A program made the translations under genes and the position numbers. From the sequence record NC_042136.1: a stretch of 64,000 nt of DNA, one strand, 5' to 3'. This document shows positions 38,227 through 46,578 of this stretch, piece after piece. Position 1 is the stretch's first letter, and every line of letters begins with the position of its first letter. Under the pieces are notes generated by a model, which was given only the letters and a program-made list of their open reading frames with translations, searched no databases and was not told the DNA's origin.

Positions 38227-38653
38227 TGTATGCTGAACACAGTTGGTGCTCTGATCAAAAACGATGAAGGTAAAATCTTGGTGCAGACTTCGCCGTGAAC
38301 TCTTAGNNNNNNNNNNNNNNNNNNNNNNNNNNNNNNNNNNNNNNNNNNNNNNNNNNNNNNNNNNNNNNNNNNNNNNNNNNNNNNNNNNNNNNNNNNNNNN
38401 NNNNNNNNNNNNNNNNNNNNNNNNNNNNNNNNNNNNNNNNNNNNNNNNNNNNNNNNNNNNNNNNNNNNNNNNCTTCGCCGTGAACTCTTAGAAAAGGATT
38501 GATGTATGCTGAACACAGTTGGTGCTCTGATCAAAAACGATGAAGGTAAAATCTTGGTGCAGATGCACGTTAAGATCGGCGGGTATACGGTACCTAGTGG
38601 GAAGTTAGAAGCAGGTGAAACTTTAGAACAAGGTCTTCGCCGTGAACTCTTAG
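38216..38653. repeat. Scaffold gap (166 N, 38307-38472) with flanking duplications
   Basis: The 72 bp at 38216-38287 equals 38492-38563. The 19-mer CTTCGCCGTGAACTCTTAG occurs at 38288, 38473 and 38635. Confidence 0.9.
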
Positions 38654-38901
38654 AAGAAATCGGAGTATCAGATTTAACCATCCTTGATGGGTACCACCAC
38701 TGGTTTAATACGTATCCTAATTTGGGAAACGTGGAACAAAATATCTTCACGGTAGAAATCCACGAAGAACCTCGTAATATGGAACCTGATCGTCATTCTT
38801 ATTTAGGTTGGATGTCGCCAGATGAAATCCTAACTTCCGGGAAACACCTAAGTAATTATTTAACCACCATATTAGAGAAAGAAACAACCGCTGCTGATTA
38901 A
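38506..38901 (+). CDS. Nudix hydrolase
   Basis: Nudix box GKLEAGETLEQGLRRELLEEIG. Confidence 0.9.
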   Translation: MLNTVGALIKNDEGKILVQMHVKIGGYTVPSGKLEAGETLEQGLRRELLEEIGVSDLTILDGYHHWFNTYPNLGNVEQNIFTVEIHEEPRNMEPDRHSYLGWMSPDEILTSGKHLSNYLTTILEKETTAAD

Positions 38902-38903
38902 AC

Positions 38904-38943
38904 ACAGATCTATATTACTAGGGTGTAATATCCCTAGTAATAT
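38904..38943 (+). promoter_or_regulatory. phiKZ-type early promoter embedded in a 12-bp inverted repeat
   Basis: CAGATC-TATATTAC-TAGGGTG. Inverted repeat ATATTACTAGGG (38912-38923) / CCCTAGTAATAT (38932-38943). Confidence 0.7.
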
Positions 38944-38970
38944 TCATTCAAACTTTATAGAGAGTAAAAT

Positions 38971-40275
38971 ATGAAAACCAAACAAATCACTGAACTACTA
39001 TTCCAAATGGTAGACGCTTACGGTAAACTGACTAACAACCGTCCACATCGTGCGGTGCAAGATCTTAATAGTGGTTATTGTTACATGGTCGCTACTTTAG
39101 CACAACACATCTTAAAAGAGAAATACCGTATTGACGTCAATATGGTTTCTCATCCGCACCACTGTTTGTTAGAATATGAAGGTGAGTACTACGACACCAT
39201 CTACCCAACTGGGTATCCTGATGACCCTTGTAAGGTTTGGAAACTAGAAGAAGCTAAGTGTCGTTCTACCTTAGATCTCTTAGAATACGGTGAAGTTGGT
39301 ATTTTGAATCCACACCCACGCCAAATTGTTTTGGTCGAATGGATGTGTGAAGAATTTGGAGTATCTAAACCGGACTACTACCAACACATGTTGGAGTGGT
39401 ACGATACACCAGACGCTTACCGTCGTTTTAAATGGAAAGGCTACCCTGACTTTACTAAGACTACGTATCGTCGTTTGATGACTCGTTACCGTCGTCGTCA
39501 CCATCAGTATTTCGACGAACCTCTAACGAAATACTCCATGGGGTGGATGGCAGACTTCATCGCTTACCCAGAAGACTTGTGGGTGACATTACGAGTTACC
39601 GATTACCGTACTTGGTTGAAGAATGTCATCAGAACACGTTATCCGTCTTACGAGGAGGTGATGGTATCTTGTTTTGGCGAAGAGGTATACGATAGACCCA
39701 ACATTCAGATAGCAGGGCGACTTTCCACCATCGCAGAACCGGGATTAAGTAAACTTCGTGGTTGTATTCCGACGGTCCAAATGATCGATGACGCGGGATA
39801 CCAAAAGCACTCAGATGAACGTGGAACGGTTGAGTTGGAAATGCATTGGGGTGGATGTGAATCACCAATCAATACTTTACCTAAACTCGATTTAAGTACA
39901 CCGCTTCAACTAACAGACCTTTCTAGTGGATGTGATGATAACGTCTTGACACTAGGTTCACCGGATATGTTAAAAGATGGGTCAGAGGAGTCGGAGGAAA
40001 ATCACAACATCACACTCGCAGATATAGCCTTGGCAATAGCCCCACGTTCTACTGTGGAAACGAACCTTTCCACTGGAGACGGTGAGAAAGTATTGACTTC
40101 TGACTCCCCCGATTTATTGAAAGACGAACTTAAAGTCGAGGGGACAAATGAAGAAGAGAAAACGGAGCACAACGTTTATGTTGGTCGTAAAGCTTCTGGT
40201 GTTGGATCCTTTCTCGGAGGTGGTTTAGTTGGTGGGTTAATTGGTTACGGCATCAGTAAACTCCGAAACAAATAG
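38971..40275 (+). CDS. Protein with an N-terminal Cys-His-Asp (papain/transglutaminase-like) domain and a C-terminal Gly-rich membrane anchor
   Basis: LNSGYCYMVA...HPHHCLLEYEGEYYD. C-terminus GVGSFLGGGLVGGLIGYGISKLRNK. Confidence 0.55.
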   Translation: MKTKQITELLFQMVDAYGKLTNNRPHRAVQDLNSGYCYMVATLAQHILKEKYRIDVNMVSHPHHCLLEYEGEYYDTIYPTGYPDDPCKVWKLEEAKCRSTLDLLEYGEVGILNPHPRQIVLVEWMCEEFGVSKPDYYQHMLEWYDTPDAYRRFKWKGYPDFTKTTYRRLMTRYRRRHHQYFDEPLTKYSMGWMADFIAYPEDLWVTLRVTDYRTWLKNVIRTRYPSYEEVMVSCFGEEVYDRPNIQIAGRLSTIAEPGLSKLRGCIPTVQMIDDAGYQKHSDERGTVELEMHWGGCESPINTLPKLDLSTPLQLTDLSSGCDDNVLTLGSPDMLKDGSEESEENHNITLADIALAIAPRSTVETNLSTGDGEKVLTSDSPDLLKDELKVEGTNEEEKTEHNVYVGRKASGVGSFLGGGLVGGLIGYGISKLRNK

Positions 40276-40300
40276 TATGTAGACTATTTAGGAGGGTTTT

Positions 40301-40516
40301 ATGTCAAGACTGGGATTGGCTGTGAGCGTGTGTTCGGTGTTAGTGGCAGGTTCGCTAGCCACTACTTCAATAGACGTGTTATATGAAATGGTGGAGGATA
40401 AGAGTTATAGAGTCAAATCTCATCCTCCTTATATTGTGTCAAGCTTTAATTGCATCCTAGGAAAAGGTAAGTTAAACTTGGATCGATTTTACTACTTCGC
40501 TAGAAGGAATAGTTAA
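40301..40516 (+). CDS. Possible small membrane protein
   Basis: GGAGG SD, hydrophobic N-terminus, abuts the next ATG. Confidence 0.5.
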   Translation: MSRLGLAVSVCSVLVAGSLATTSIDVLYEMVEDKSYRVKSHPPYIVSSFNCILGKGKLNLDRFYYFARRNS

Positions 40517-40897
40517 ATGTTTAAAAAAGAGAATGTAAAAATATTTGTTATCGGTGGCGTACTTGCGTGTCTGTTCCAAATAGTGTTATACCTTTTACCA
40601 AACACTTATGTGGTGGAAGGTGAAATCATAGAAATCGTAGAACACACGATGGATACGTCAACAGTACACTTTCCAACGGTAGGTGAACCAAGATTAATTG
40701 AACCTGAGTTAAATACTTTCAAACGTTATCATCTTACAATCTTGTTCGCCAACTACGTGATAGATTGTCCGCTAAGAGAAAACAATGAAGGTCTGATCAA
40801 TGGAAGTAACCATGTGGAAGTGACTTACGAGATCATGGACACCGGTGAATTCCGTTGCATCGATGTTAATCCTAGTGTTGTTTGGGAAAGCATGTAA
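40517..40897 (+). CDS. Membrane-anchored small beta-barrel protein (paralogue 1)
   Basis: N-terminal TM; EG.I..I ... C ... V.Y ... G...C pattern shared with the next gene. Confidence 0.7.
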   Translation: MFKKENVKIFVIGGVLACLFQIVLYLLPNTYVVEGEIIEIVEHTMDTSTVHFPTVGEPRLIEPELNTFKRYHLTILFANYVIDCPLRENNEGLINGSNHVEVTYEIMDTGEFRCIDVNPSVVWESM

Positions 40898-41250
40898 TGA
40901 AAAGAACCACCTTAATTAAAACTCCTTTCTACGGAGTGATCTCAGCTCTACTCGCTTTCTTAGCGTGGTGTTCTATCAATTATGAGATACGTTCAGCAGA
41001 AGGGTATGTCACTGACATTTTCACCACGACCAGTCAAGGTGAAGTATTAACCATGAGCCAGTTCGATAACATTCGAATAGAAGGTGACGAAACTCAGATG
41101 TATCAGTACTTTGTACGAACACCAGATGGGCTGGTAGAATGTGAACTCGATCAAGAAGCTCATATGGAAGTGAACGGATTACGACATTTACAAGTAATCT
41201 ATGACCGCTATCCTACCGGTGAGATAAGTTGTCTTTACTTAGGTTACTAA
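40897..41250 (+). CDS. Membrane-anchored small beta-barrel protein (paralogue 2)
   Basis: ATG 40897 (TAATG overlap). N-terminal TM and the same two-Cys pattern as the previous gene. Confidence 0.7.
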   Translation: MKRTTLIKTPFYGVISALLAFLAWCSINYEIRSAEGYVTDIFTTTSQGEVLTMSQFDNIRIEGDETQMYQYFVRTPDGLVECELDQEAHMEVNGLRHLQVIYDRYPTGEISCLYLGY

Positions 41251-41299
41251 GATGGTGGGTCCTTCGGGGTCCACCATTTACCTTTCTTTTTATTTTTTA
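41251..41299 (+). terminator. Intrinsic terminator
   Basis: ATGGTGGG...TTCG...CCACCAT hairpin followed by a long T-rich tract. Confidence 0.65.
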
Positions 41300-41310
41300 C
41301 TTGGAGTTTA

Positions 41311-41338
41311 TTTCAGATCTATATTACCAAAGTGTAAT
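41311..41338 (+). promoter_or_regulatory. phiKZ-type early promoter
   Basis: TTTCAGATC-TATATTAC-CAAAGTGTAATA. Confidence 0.7.
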
Positions 41339-41374
41339 AGAACTATATTTAACCTTTACGTGAGGAACTGTATC

Positions 41375-41638
41375 ATGGAATTTTTAAAAGACCGTCCATC
41401 TAAAGACGAAATCCGTTTAATAAAAGCGGGAACAGGTATAGCAGTTGCTGCACTACAAACCGCAGTGAAAGGTGAGGTGCAAGTTAAAGATTTAGTTTGT
41501 ACTGCCATCGGAACTACCGTGTCCGTAGCGAACACCAGAGAGTCAGAACGTTACCGCATCAACGCACGCGAAGACGCAGTATGGAACACCGTAGGTAACA
41601 TCTTAGTAACTAATGTTATCGCATCCCTTATTTCTTAA
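41375..41638 (+). CDS. Small hypothetical protein (87 aa)
   Basis: ATG 41375 after GAGGA SD; the listed start 41252 lies within the terminator. Confidence 0.65.
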   Translation: MEFLKDRPSKDEIRLIKAGTGIAVAALQTAVKGEVQVKDLVCTAIGTTVSVANTRESERYRINAREDAVWNTVGNILVTNVIASLIS

Positions 41639-41663
41639 TCTAACCTTTATTGAGGAATTTATT

Positions 41664-41993
41664 ATGAAAGCACAATCTGCAATCATCAAAGAAGTCATGC
41701 CAATCAACTGGAAAGCATGCAAAGACGGGTCCCTAAAAGAGTTCGGTATTTTTAACAAAACGGATCCAGTATCTGGGAAACTTATCCTCCTAATGGTCGG
41801 TGATGAAAGAACTGATTCAGCTTTCACATTGGCAATCGGTGGGATGAAAAACGGTTGGGTAATCCGTGACCTAGCTCAACACGAAGCCTTGGGTGGGAAT
41901 TATAAAGATGGCCTGTTGGAAGAACTTGATGGATGTGACGCTACAACAGCGGTAACTAAATTCATCGAAATCTTAGAATCAAACAATCTTTAA
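41664..41993 (+). CDS. Hypothetical protein
   Basis: ATG 41664 after GAGGA SD. Confidence 0.7.
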   Translation: MKAQSAIIKEVMPINWKACKDGSLKEFGIFNKTDPVSGKLILLMVGDERTDSAFTLAIGGMKNGWVIRDLAQHEALGGNYKDGLLEELDGCDATTAVTKFIEILESNNL

Positions 41994-42003
41994 GGAGTTC
42001 ATT

Positions 42004-42405
42004 ATGGAAAACTTTATTTACAAAGACGTTAACTACATGGACTTGGTGAAAGCGACCTTTGGTAAACACAGCTTCTATATCAGTAAATGGGATGTGGAAA
42101 CTAAACTACCAAATAGTGGAATCCAACTAACCGAGGAACGTCCGGTAGAGTTTAATACGGAATTACATATTGAACTCAATATAACTATGTACTCAAGTGT
42201 GACTATTCATATCACCGATTCTTTACAAGCACTGGAGATCGCTAAAGAACTTTCTTCTGAGCTTAATAAAGAAGTGGTTATTTATTCACACGCTCGTTAT
42301 CTGGCTCGTTTCCTAAAAGGTGAACAAGTTGGTGAGCTACGCACATTAGATGATTTCTATACGAACATCACTGATGAAGAACGTGCACTGACTCGTTTAA
42401 AATAA
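42004..42405 (+). CDS. Hypothetical protein
   Basis: 133 aa with AGGAG SD. Confidence 0.7.
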   Translation: MENFIYKDVNYMDLVKATFGKHSFYISKWDVETKLPNSGIQLTEERPVEFNTELHIELNITMYSSVTIHITDSLQALEIAKELSSELNKEVVIYSHARYLARFLKGEQVGELRTLDDFYTNITDEERALTRLK

Positions 42406-42420
42406 TTAGAAAGCATAAAA

Positions 42421-42476
42421 CCTCCTACTACCCCTCGGGGTAGTAGGAGGAAACCTATGCAGATTATTTTTTTTTG
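42421..42476. terminator. Bidirectional terminator between the early block and the tail genes
   Basis: 13-bp stem CCTCCTACTACCC-CTCG-GGGTAGTAGGAGG, with AAAA upstream and a T-run downstream. Confidence 0.75.
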
Positions 42477-42483
42477 CTTTGGA

Positions 42484-43380
42484 TTATACCATCGCGTTTT
42501 TGTTCTTAACAGTTTTAGCGCGAGCGTCCATCTGTTCCATGATACCAGTATCACGTAGAGAGTTAAGAACCGCAGTACGGTCTTTAAAGCCTGACGGGAT
42601 ACTAGCACCGATGTTGTTGTACAACGGCAGTTTCTTCAAGAACGTGCGAGCTACTTCACGAGTCGCCAGAGTGTCGAACTCAGTAAGACCAGTGTATTCC
42701 ATGTTGATCTCACGGATTTGACCAGCTTCTTCTTTGTTACGACGAATGCCAACTTCTACTGTAGAACGAGGCATGACTGCCATAGTGATAGCGGCGTGTG
42801 CGATATCACGCATGTTCTCAGTCGTGTTGAACATCAGTAGTGTGGCTGAACGTTCGTCGATCAGTAGGTCGCCCGGGTTGCTCAGTACCACGGCACGAGG
42901 TGCTGCTAGGTCTGGGTCGTAACCCAACCATTTCACCCAGATAGAGTGTAGGTTAGTGAAGACTTCACCTACTACGTCGTTACCTTGGAATGAAATAGGG
43001 CCTAGAGTACGAGTACCGCCAGTAGGAACGCTTAGCGTACGGCCAGACCAGCGAACGTCACCGAACTCAAGTTCAGTACGGTCAGTTGGACCTTGCCAAG
43101 TACGTGCACGTGTTTCGAACCACGCTTTAGCTAACGCATGCAAGTAGTTACCCGCCGGTAGCTTGCTGAACAACGCCGGTGTTGACATCACGAAACACCA
43201 ACCTTGTTGGTCAACGTGCGGATGCTCGTTAACGTATAGGTAGGAGTCCGGTGCGAAACCGTATTGACCACCTTGAGTACCATCTAACGTTGGGCGTACA
43301 CCTTTGTCAGTGTTGGTAAAGAAGGCAGATGAATTAGACACTAAAGTCTTATTACCGCGATGCGGTTGGTTAGAAGACAT
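42484..43380 (-). CDS. Tail tube protein (phiKZ gp30-like)
   Basis: 298 aa, directly after the sheath gene; GGQYG N-terminal motif. Confidence 0.75.
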   Translation of the reverse strand: MSSNQPHRGNKTLVSNSSAFFTNTDKGVRPTLDGTQGGQYGFAPDSYLYVNEHPHVDQQGWCFVMSTPALFSKLPAGNYLHALAKAWFETRARTWQGPTDRTELEFGDVRWSGRTLSVPTGGTRTLGPISFQGNDVVGEVFTNLHSIWVKWLGYDPDLAAPRAVVLSNPGDLLIDERSATLLMFNTTENMRDIAHAAITMAVMPRSTVEVGIRRNKEEAGQIREINMEYTGLTEFDTLATREVARTFLKKLPLYNNIGASIPSGFKDRTAVLNSLRDTGIMEQMDARAKTVKNKNAMV

Positions 43381-43385
43381 CTAAA

Positions 43386-45524
43386 TTACCCCTCAGCTGC
43401 CAAGTCTTGCTCGTTGCGTGCAACGAGAGACATATCCATCATGTACTTACCTTTACGGAAAGCAACATAGCCAGTCACGTAAAGAACAGAACGAGAATCA
43501 GGACCACCTTCGTTGTAAGTTGGTTCTACAACCAAATCTTCGAACATAGTACCTAGGCGCTCACGACATTCTGTTTCAGCACGATCTTTAACAATCGCTG
43601 CGTATTCTTCAGCAGTGATCGTAGTATCACCAGAAACCAGTGTCCACGTATCTTGGATGATCTTCTCAACACACACCGAAGTGAAGACAGTAGTCCAATC
43701 TTTCAGAACAGAATCTGAATGTGGGTAAACCGTCGGTAGTGCAGGACGGTACAACTGTTCTTGGTTGTAAGGACGAAGCGTACACGCACCGTTATCGAAG
43801 TTAGCCGCAGCAACAGGGTCCGCTTCTAGATCAACCGTAGGGTTAAACATAGTGCTTAGGATACGGTTGTCCGCGTGATCAGGAGAATTCGCTTTGATCA
43901 ATTGACCTTGAGCGTTACCACCCAATTGCGCCATGTGGTTAGCGATGTCAAGTACATGAGAGAATACTTCACCAGACTCTTCATTGATCTTGTTCATTTC
44001 CCACATTGCAATCATCGCACGACATGCGGGTGTGCCGTATTTTTCTGATTCAGGGATCAGACGAAGACGGTTAGTGATGTACGTTTGACGAGAGTATTGC
44101 TCTTGGATCGTTGCGTTTTTCAACCACTCCGCTGACGCAAATACCGCCACGTGGTCTTTACGTGTCGCCAGTAGTTGGATCTGTTCGTCTACGATGTCCG
44201 AATTGAAACCAACATCGAAGATGATAGATTGACGGTTACGAGTCCAGTCCGTGATCTCTAGAGATTTACGGTATTCTACGATATCCGCTAGCAATAGAGC
44301 TTGTGTTACTGCCCACGCATCCTTACGGCTAAGTTCTTCAACCGGACCGTTAGCAGGATCAAGGTTGTACTCACGAGACAACGTCACGCCAGTAGGTACT
44401 TTGTACTCTTTAGTTAGGAAAGGAGAGATACCACCTTTCGCATCTAGTTGAGCACCCATGTTGAACAAACGAGTTTCCGTAGCGATCTCGATTGCGTAGT
44501 ATGGAATACCTTCGTGGGTAACTGCCGTTAGTGGGTTCATTTGTTTGTAAGGTTTAACACCTTCCAAGTAAACCAAGTTATCCGGCATCGCCTCTTCTTC
44601 AACAGCAAACATCAGCTTAGCTAGAGCTTCGATTGATTCGTTGTAGACATGTGCTTCGTAGAACGGAGCAGGGCGAGGTGTCATTGGACGATTAGCAGTT
44701 GCACCAGTGTAAGCACCGATCGCTTCTTTCATAGAGTAACGGACACCGTTAGCACGTAGATCGAATAGCGTGAATGATGCTTCTTCGGTATTAGTCAGTG
44801 TTTTCGCCATCACTGGTGTACCGTAGATTGATTTCTCGTACAACTTAATAGTGAATGGGAATACACCAAACTCATTTACGAAGTTAGCGATTTGTTGGAA
44901 GTCCGCAGATGGATTAACACCAGCGTAATGACCCATACGGTTGTAGTGGTCACCAATACCTGCTGGGAGTTCGTAAAGCGGGTAGATGGTGAAAGTTTCG
45001 TCTTCCGTAGCACCTTGACCTTCTACTGGTTTCAAACCTTTGTAGGCTAGACCAGTGGTGTCCATAAGTACATGTTCCATTTTAAGACCATCGTACTCAG
45101 TAACACCGTCAGTAACCGGGATACGTTTACCTTCGTCATCCAGTGTAAATTGTTGAGCAGCGTCACGTTTAAACTGAGCAACTTTACCTTTAGTGACTTT
45201 AACACCAATCGCCACACGAGCGATTTCTTTGTTCGCTGTTAGACGGCGATGACCAAACGACGCCTGACCACCACTTGACAGTGAATGGATCAGAGCAGCG
45301 ATCGGGTTGTAGTACGGTCCATCAGTGTCTTGGACGTCACCGTAGATGTCGCCGTAATCACTCATGTTGATGTACTTTTGTCCGAGCGGTCCTTTAGGAG
45401 TAACCATACTGATAACTGGGAAGTTACAAGGATAGGTAGCAAGTTGAGGAACCACGACTGGGCGTGAATCGTCACCGATACCTTGGTTACGGACTTGCCC
45501 CGGAACTATATTAGTAAAGGACAT
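43386..45524 (-). CDS. Contractile tail sheath protein (phiKZ gp29-like)
   Basis: 712 aa; N-terminal VPGQVRNQGIGDDS, IFDVGFN, and C-terminal KGKYMMDM as remembered for phiKZ-type sheaths. Confidence 0.8.
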   Translation of the reverse strand: MSFTNIVPGQVRNQGIGDDSRPVVVPQLATYPCNFPVISMVTPKGPLGQKYINMSDYGDIYGDVQDTDGPYYNPIAALIHSLSSGGQASFGHRRLTANKEIARVAIGVKVTKGKVAQFKRDAAQQFTLDDEGKRIPVTDGVTEYDGLKMEHVLMDTTGLAYKGLKPVEGQGATEDETFTIYPLYELPAGIGDHYNRMGHYAGVNPSADFQQIANFVNEFGVFPFTIKLYEKSIYGTPVMAKTLTNTEEASFTLFDLRANGVRYSMKEAIGAYTGATANRPMTPRPAPFYEAHVYNESIEALAKLMFAVEEEAMPDNLVYLEGVKPYKQMNPLTAVTHEGIPYYAIEIATETRLFNMGAQLDAKGGISPFLTKEYKVPTGVTLSREYNLDPANGPVEELSRKDAWAVTQALLLADIVEYRKSLEITDWTRNRQSIIFDVGFNSDIVDEQIQLLATRKDHVAVFASAEWLKNATIQEQYSRQTYITNRLRLIPESEKYGTPACRAMIAMWEMNKINEESGEVFSHVLDIANHMAQLGGNAQGQLIKANSPDHADNRILSTMFNPTVDLEADPVAAANFDNGACTLRPYNQEQLYRPALPTVYPHSDSVLKDWTTVFTSVCVEKIIQDTWTLVSGDTTITAEEYAAIVKDRAETECRERLGTMFEDLVVEPTYNEGGPDSRSVLYVTGYVAFRKGKYMMDMSLVARNEQDLAAEG

Positions 45525-45668
45525 AAATAACTCCGTTGGTTATTGTTTTGAACTGAAAGTTTTTTGATCAAAAAACTCACTTCCCATCAATCGTATGACA
45601 GGAAATACTGTCTTATAACTGAAACGTAGAAAGTAAGTTTCTACATAGGATTCAATACGGAGTTTATC

Positions 45669-46547
45669 ATGTTTTCTAATGCTTACGACACTTACGTCGG
45701 CAAACCATTAGCTCACCTAGATCACGTCCCATCCACTCTTAAGCGTTTATCGGTTGTCAATGACCTGTTATCACTTGGAGACGGGGTGCAAGCTATCACC
45801 CACGCTAATGGTCAAGGTATTCCTTTCCTTAACTTTCCTCTGTCCATGATTGGGTTTAACCGTAAACCAATCACCGTTATGGATGACCGTCCTTACACCA
45901 ACAAAAACGGTATTGTAACTAACTCGTCTGAACGTGTGGCTTTATTAGTAGCGGCTTTCGTTCAACAAGACATCATTGACGGTAATATGTCAGTGGTCCG
46001 TGGTACACAATCTACTGTTGCTCGCGCCTTAGCCCGTTCTTGGGGATCCCAAATCATTCGTCAGTCTGGCATCGAAGAAGATAAAGCGTTAACCGTTTAC
46101 ATCATTCTTATCCATTACTATAACTGTTTGGTGAATGGTAACGTCGGTGATATGACCTTTACTTCTCAGAATTTGTGTCAGCAAGTCATGGGTATTGATC
46201 GTAAACGTAGTCTAGAGGTCTTAGAGCAAATTGACTTCATCGATACGTTACCTAAGTTACACGATGCATTGGTGAACTACCCGGGCATGTACAAACTGAA
46301 AAACATGCAGGTGAAAGACTTGATCGCTTTAGGTCAACGTATCTGGTATTCGGCAACGGGTAAACAGATCGTTGGTGCAGGTCTAGAACACCCACCTTTG
46401 TTGATTGGTATGTGCGCGGCGACGATCGCAGATAAAAACGCGTACGGCAAAACTCCACTGGGTATGCAGTTAGATCCGAAGTACAACGAGAAAAACAACC
46501 GTGCTTTGGTAATGACCATTACTAACTCTTATCCTATCATCCTTTAA
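45669..46547 (+). CDS. Virion structural protein (phiKZ gp28-like)
   Basis: 292 aa, divergent from the sheath gene; MFSNAYDT start and GLEHPP motif. Confidence 0.6.
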   Translation: MFSNAYDTYVGKPLAHLDHVPSTLKRLSVVNDLLSLGDGVQAITHANGQGIPFLNFPLSMIGFNRKPITVMDDRPYTNKNGIVTNSSERVALLVAAFVQQDIIDGNMSVVRGTQSTVARALARSWGSQIIRQSGIEEDKALTVYIILIHYYNCLVNGNVGDMTFTSQNLCQQVMGIDRKRSLEVLEQIDFIDTLPKLHDALVNYPGMYKLKNMQVKDLIALGQRIWYSATGKQIVGAGLEHPPLLIGMCAATIADKNAYGKTPLGMQLDPKYNEKNNRALVMTITNSYPIIL

Positions 46548-46578
46548 TTCCTTAATACTTTCCTTATGAGGGGAACCT

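Noticed and set aside
38288-38653. Triplicated 19-mer as a CRISPR repeat or att site
   Set aside because: It is part of the Nudix coding sequence (LRRELL), has no spacer array and sits at gap edges, consistent with an assembly artefact.
38088-38750. ORFs containing X runs (38088..38750 minus, 38264..38491 plus)
   Set aside because: They are artefacts of reading through the N gap.
41252-41374. Listed N-terminal extension of the 128-aa ORF
   Set aside because: It spans a terminator and a promoter; ATG 41375 has a GAGGA SD.
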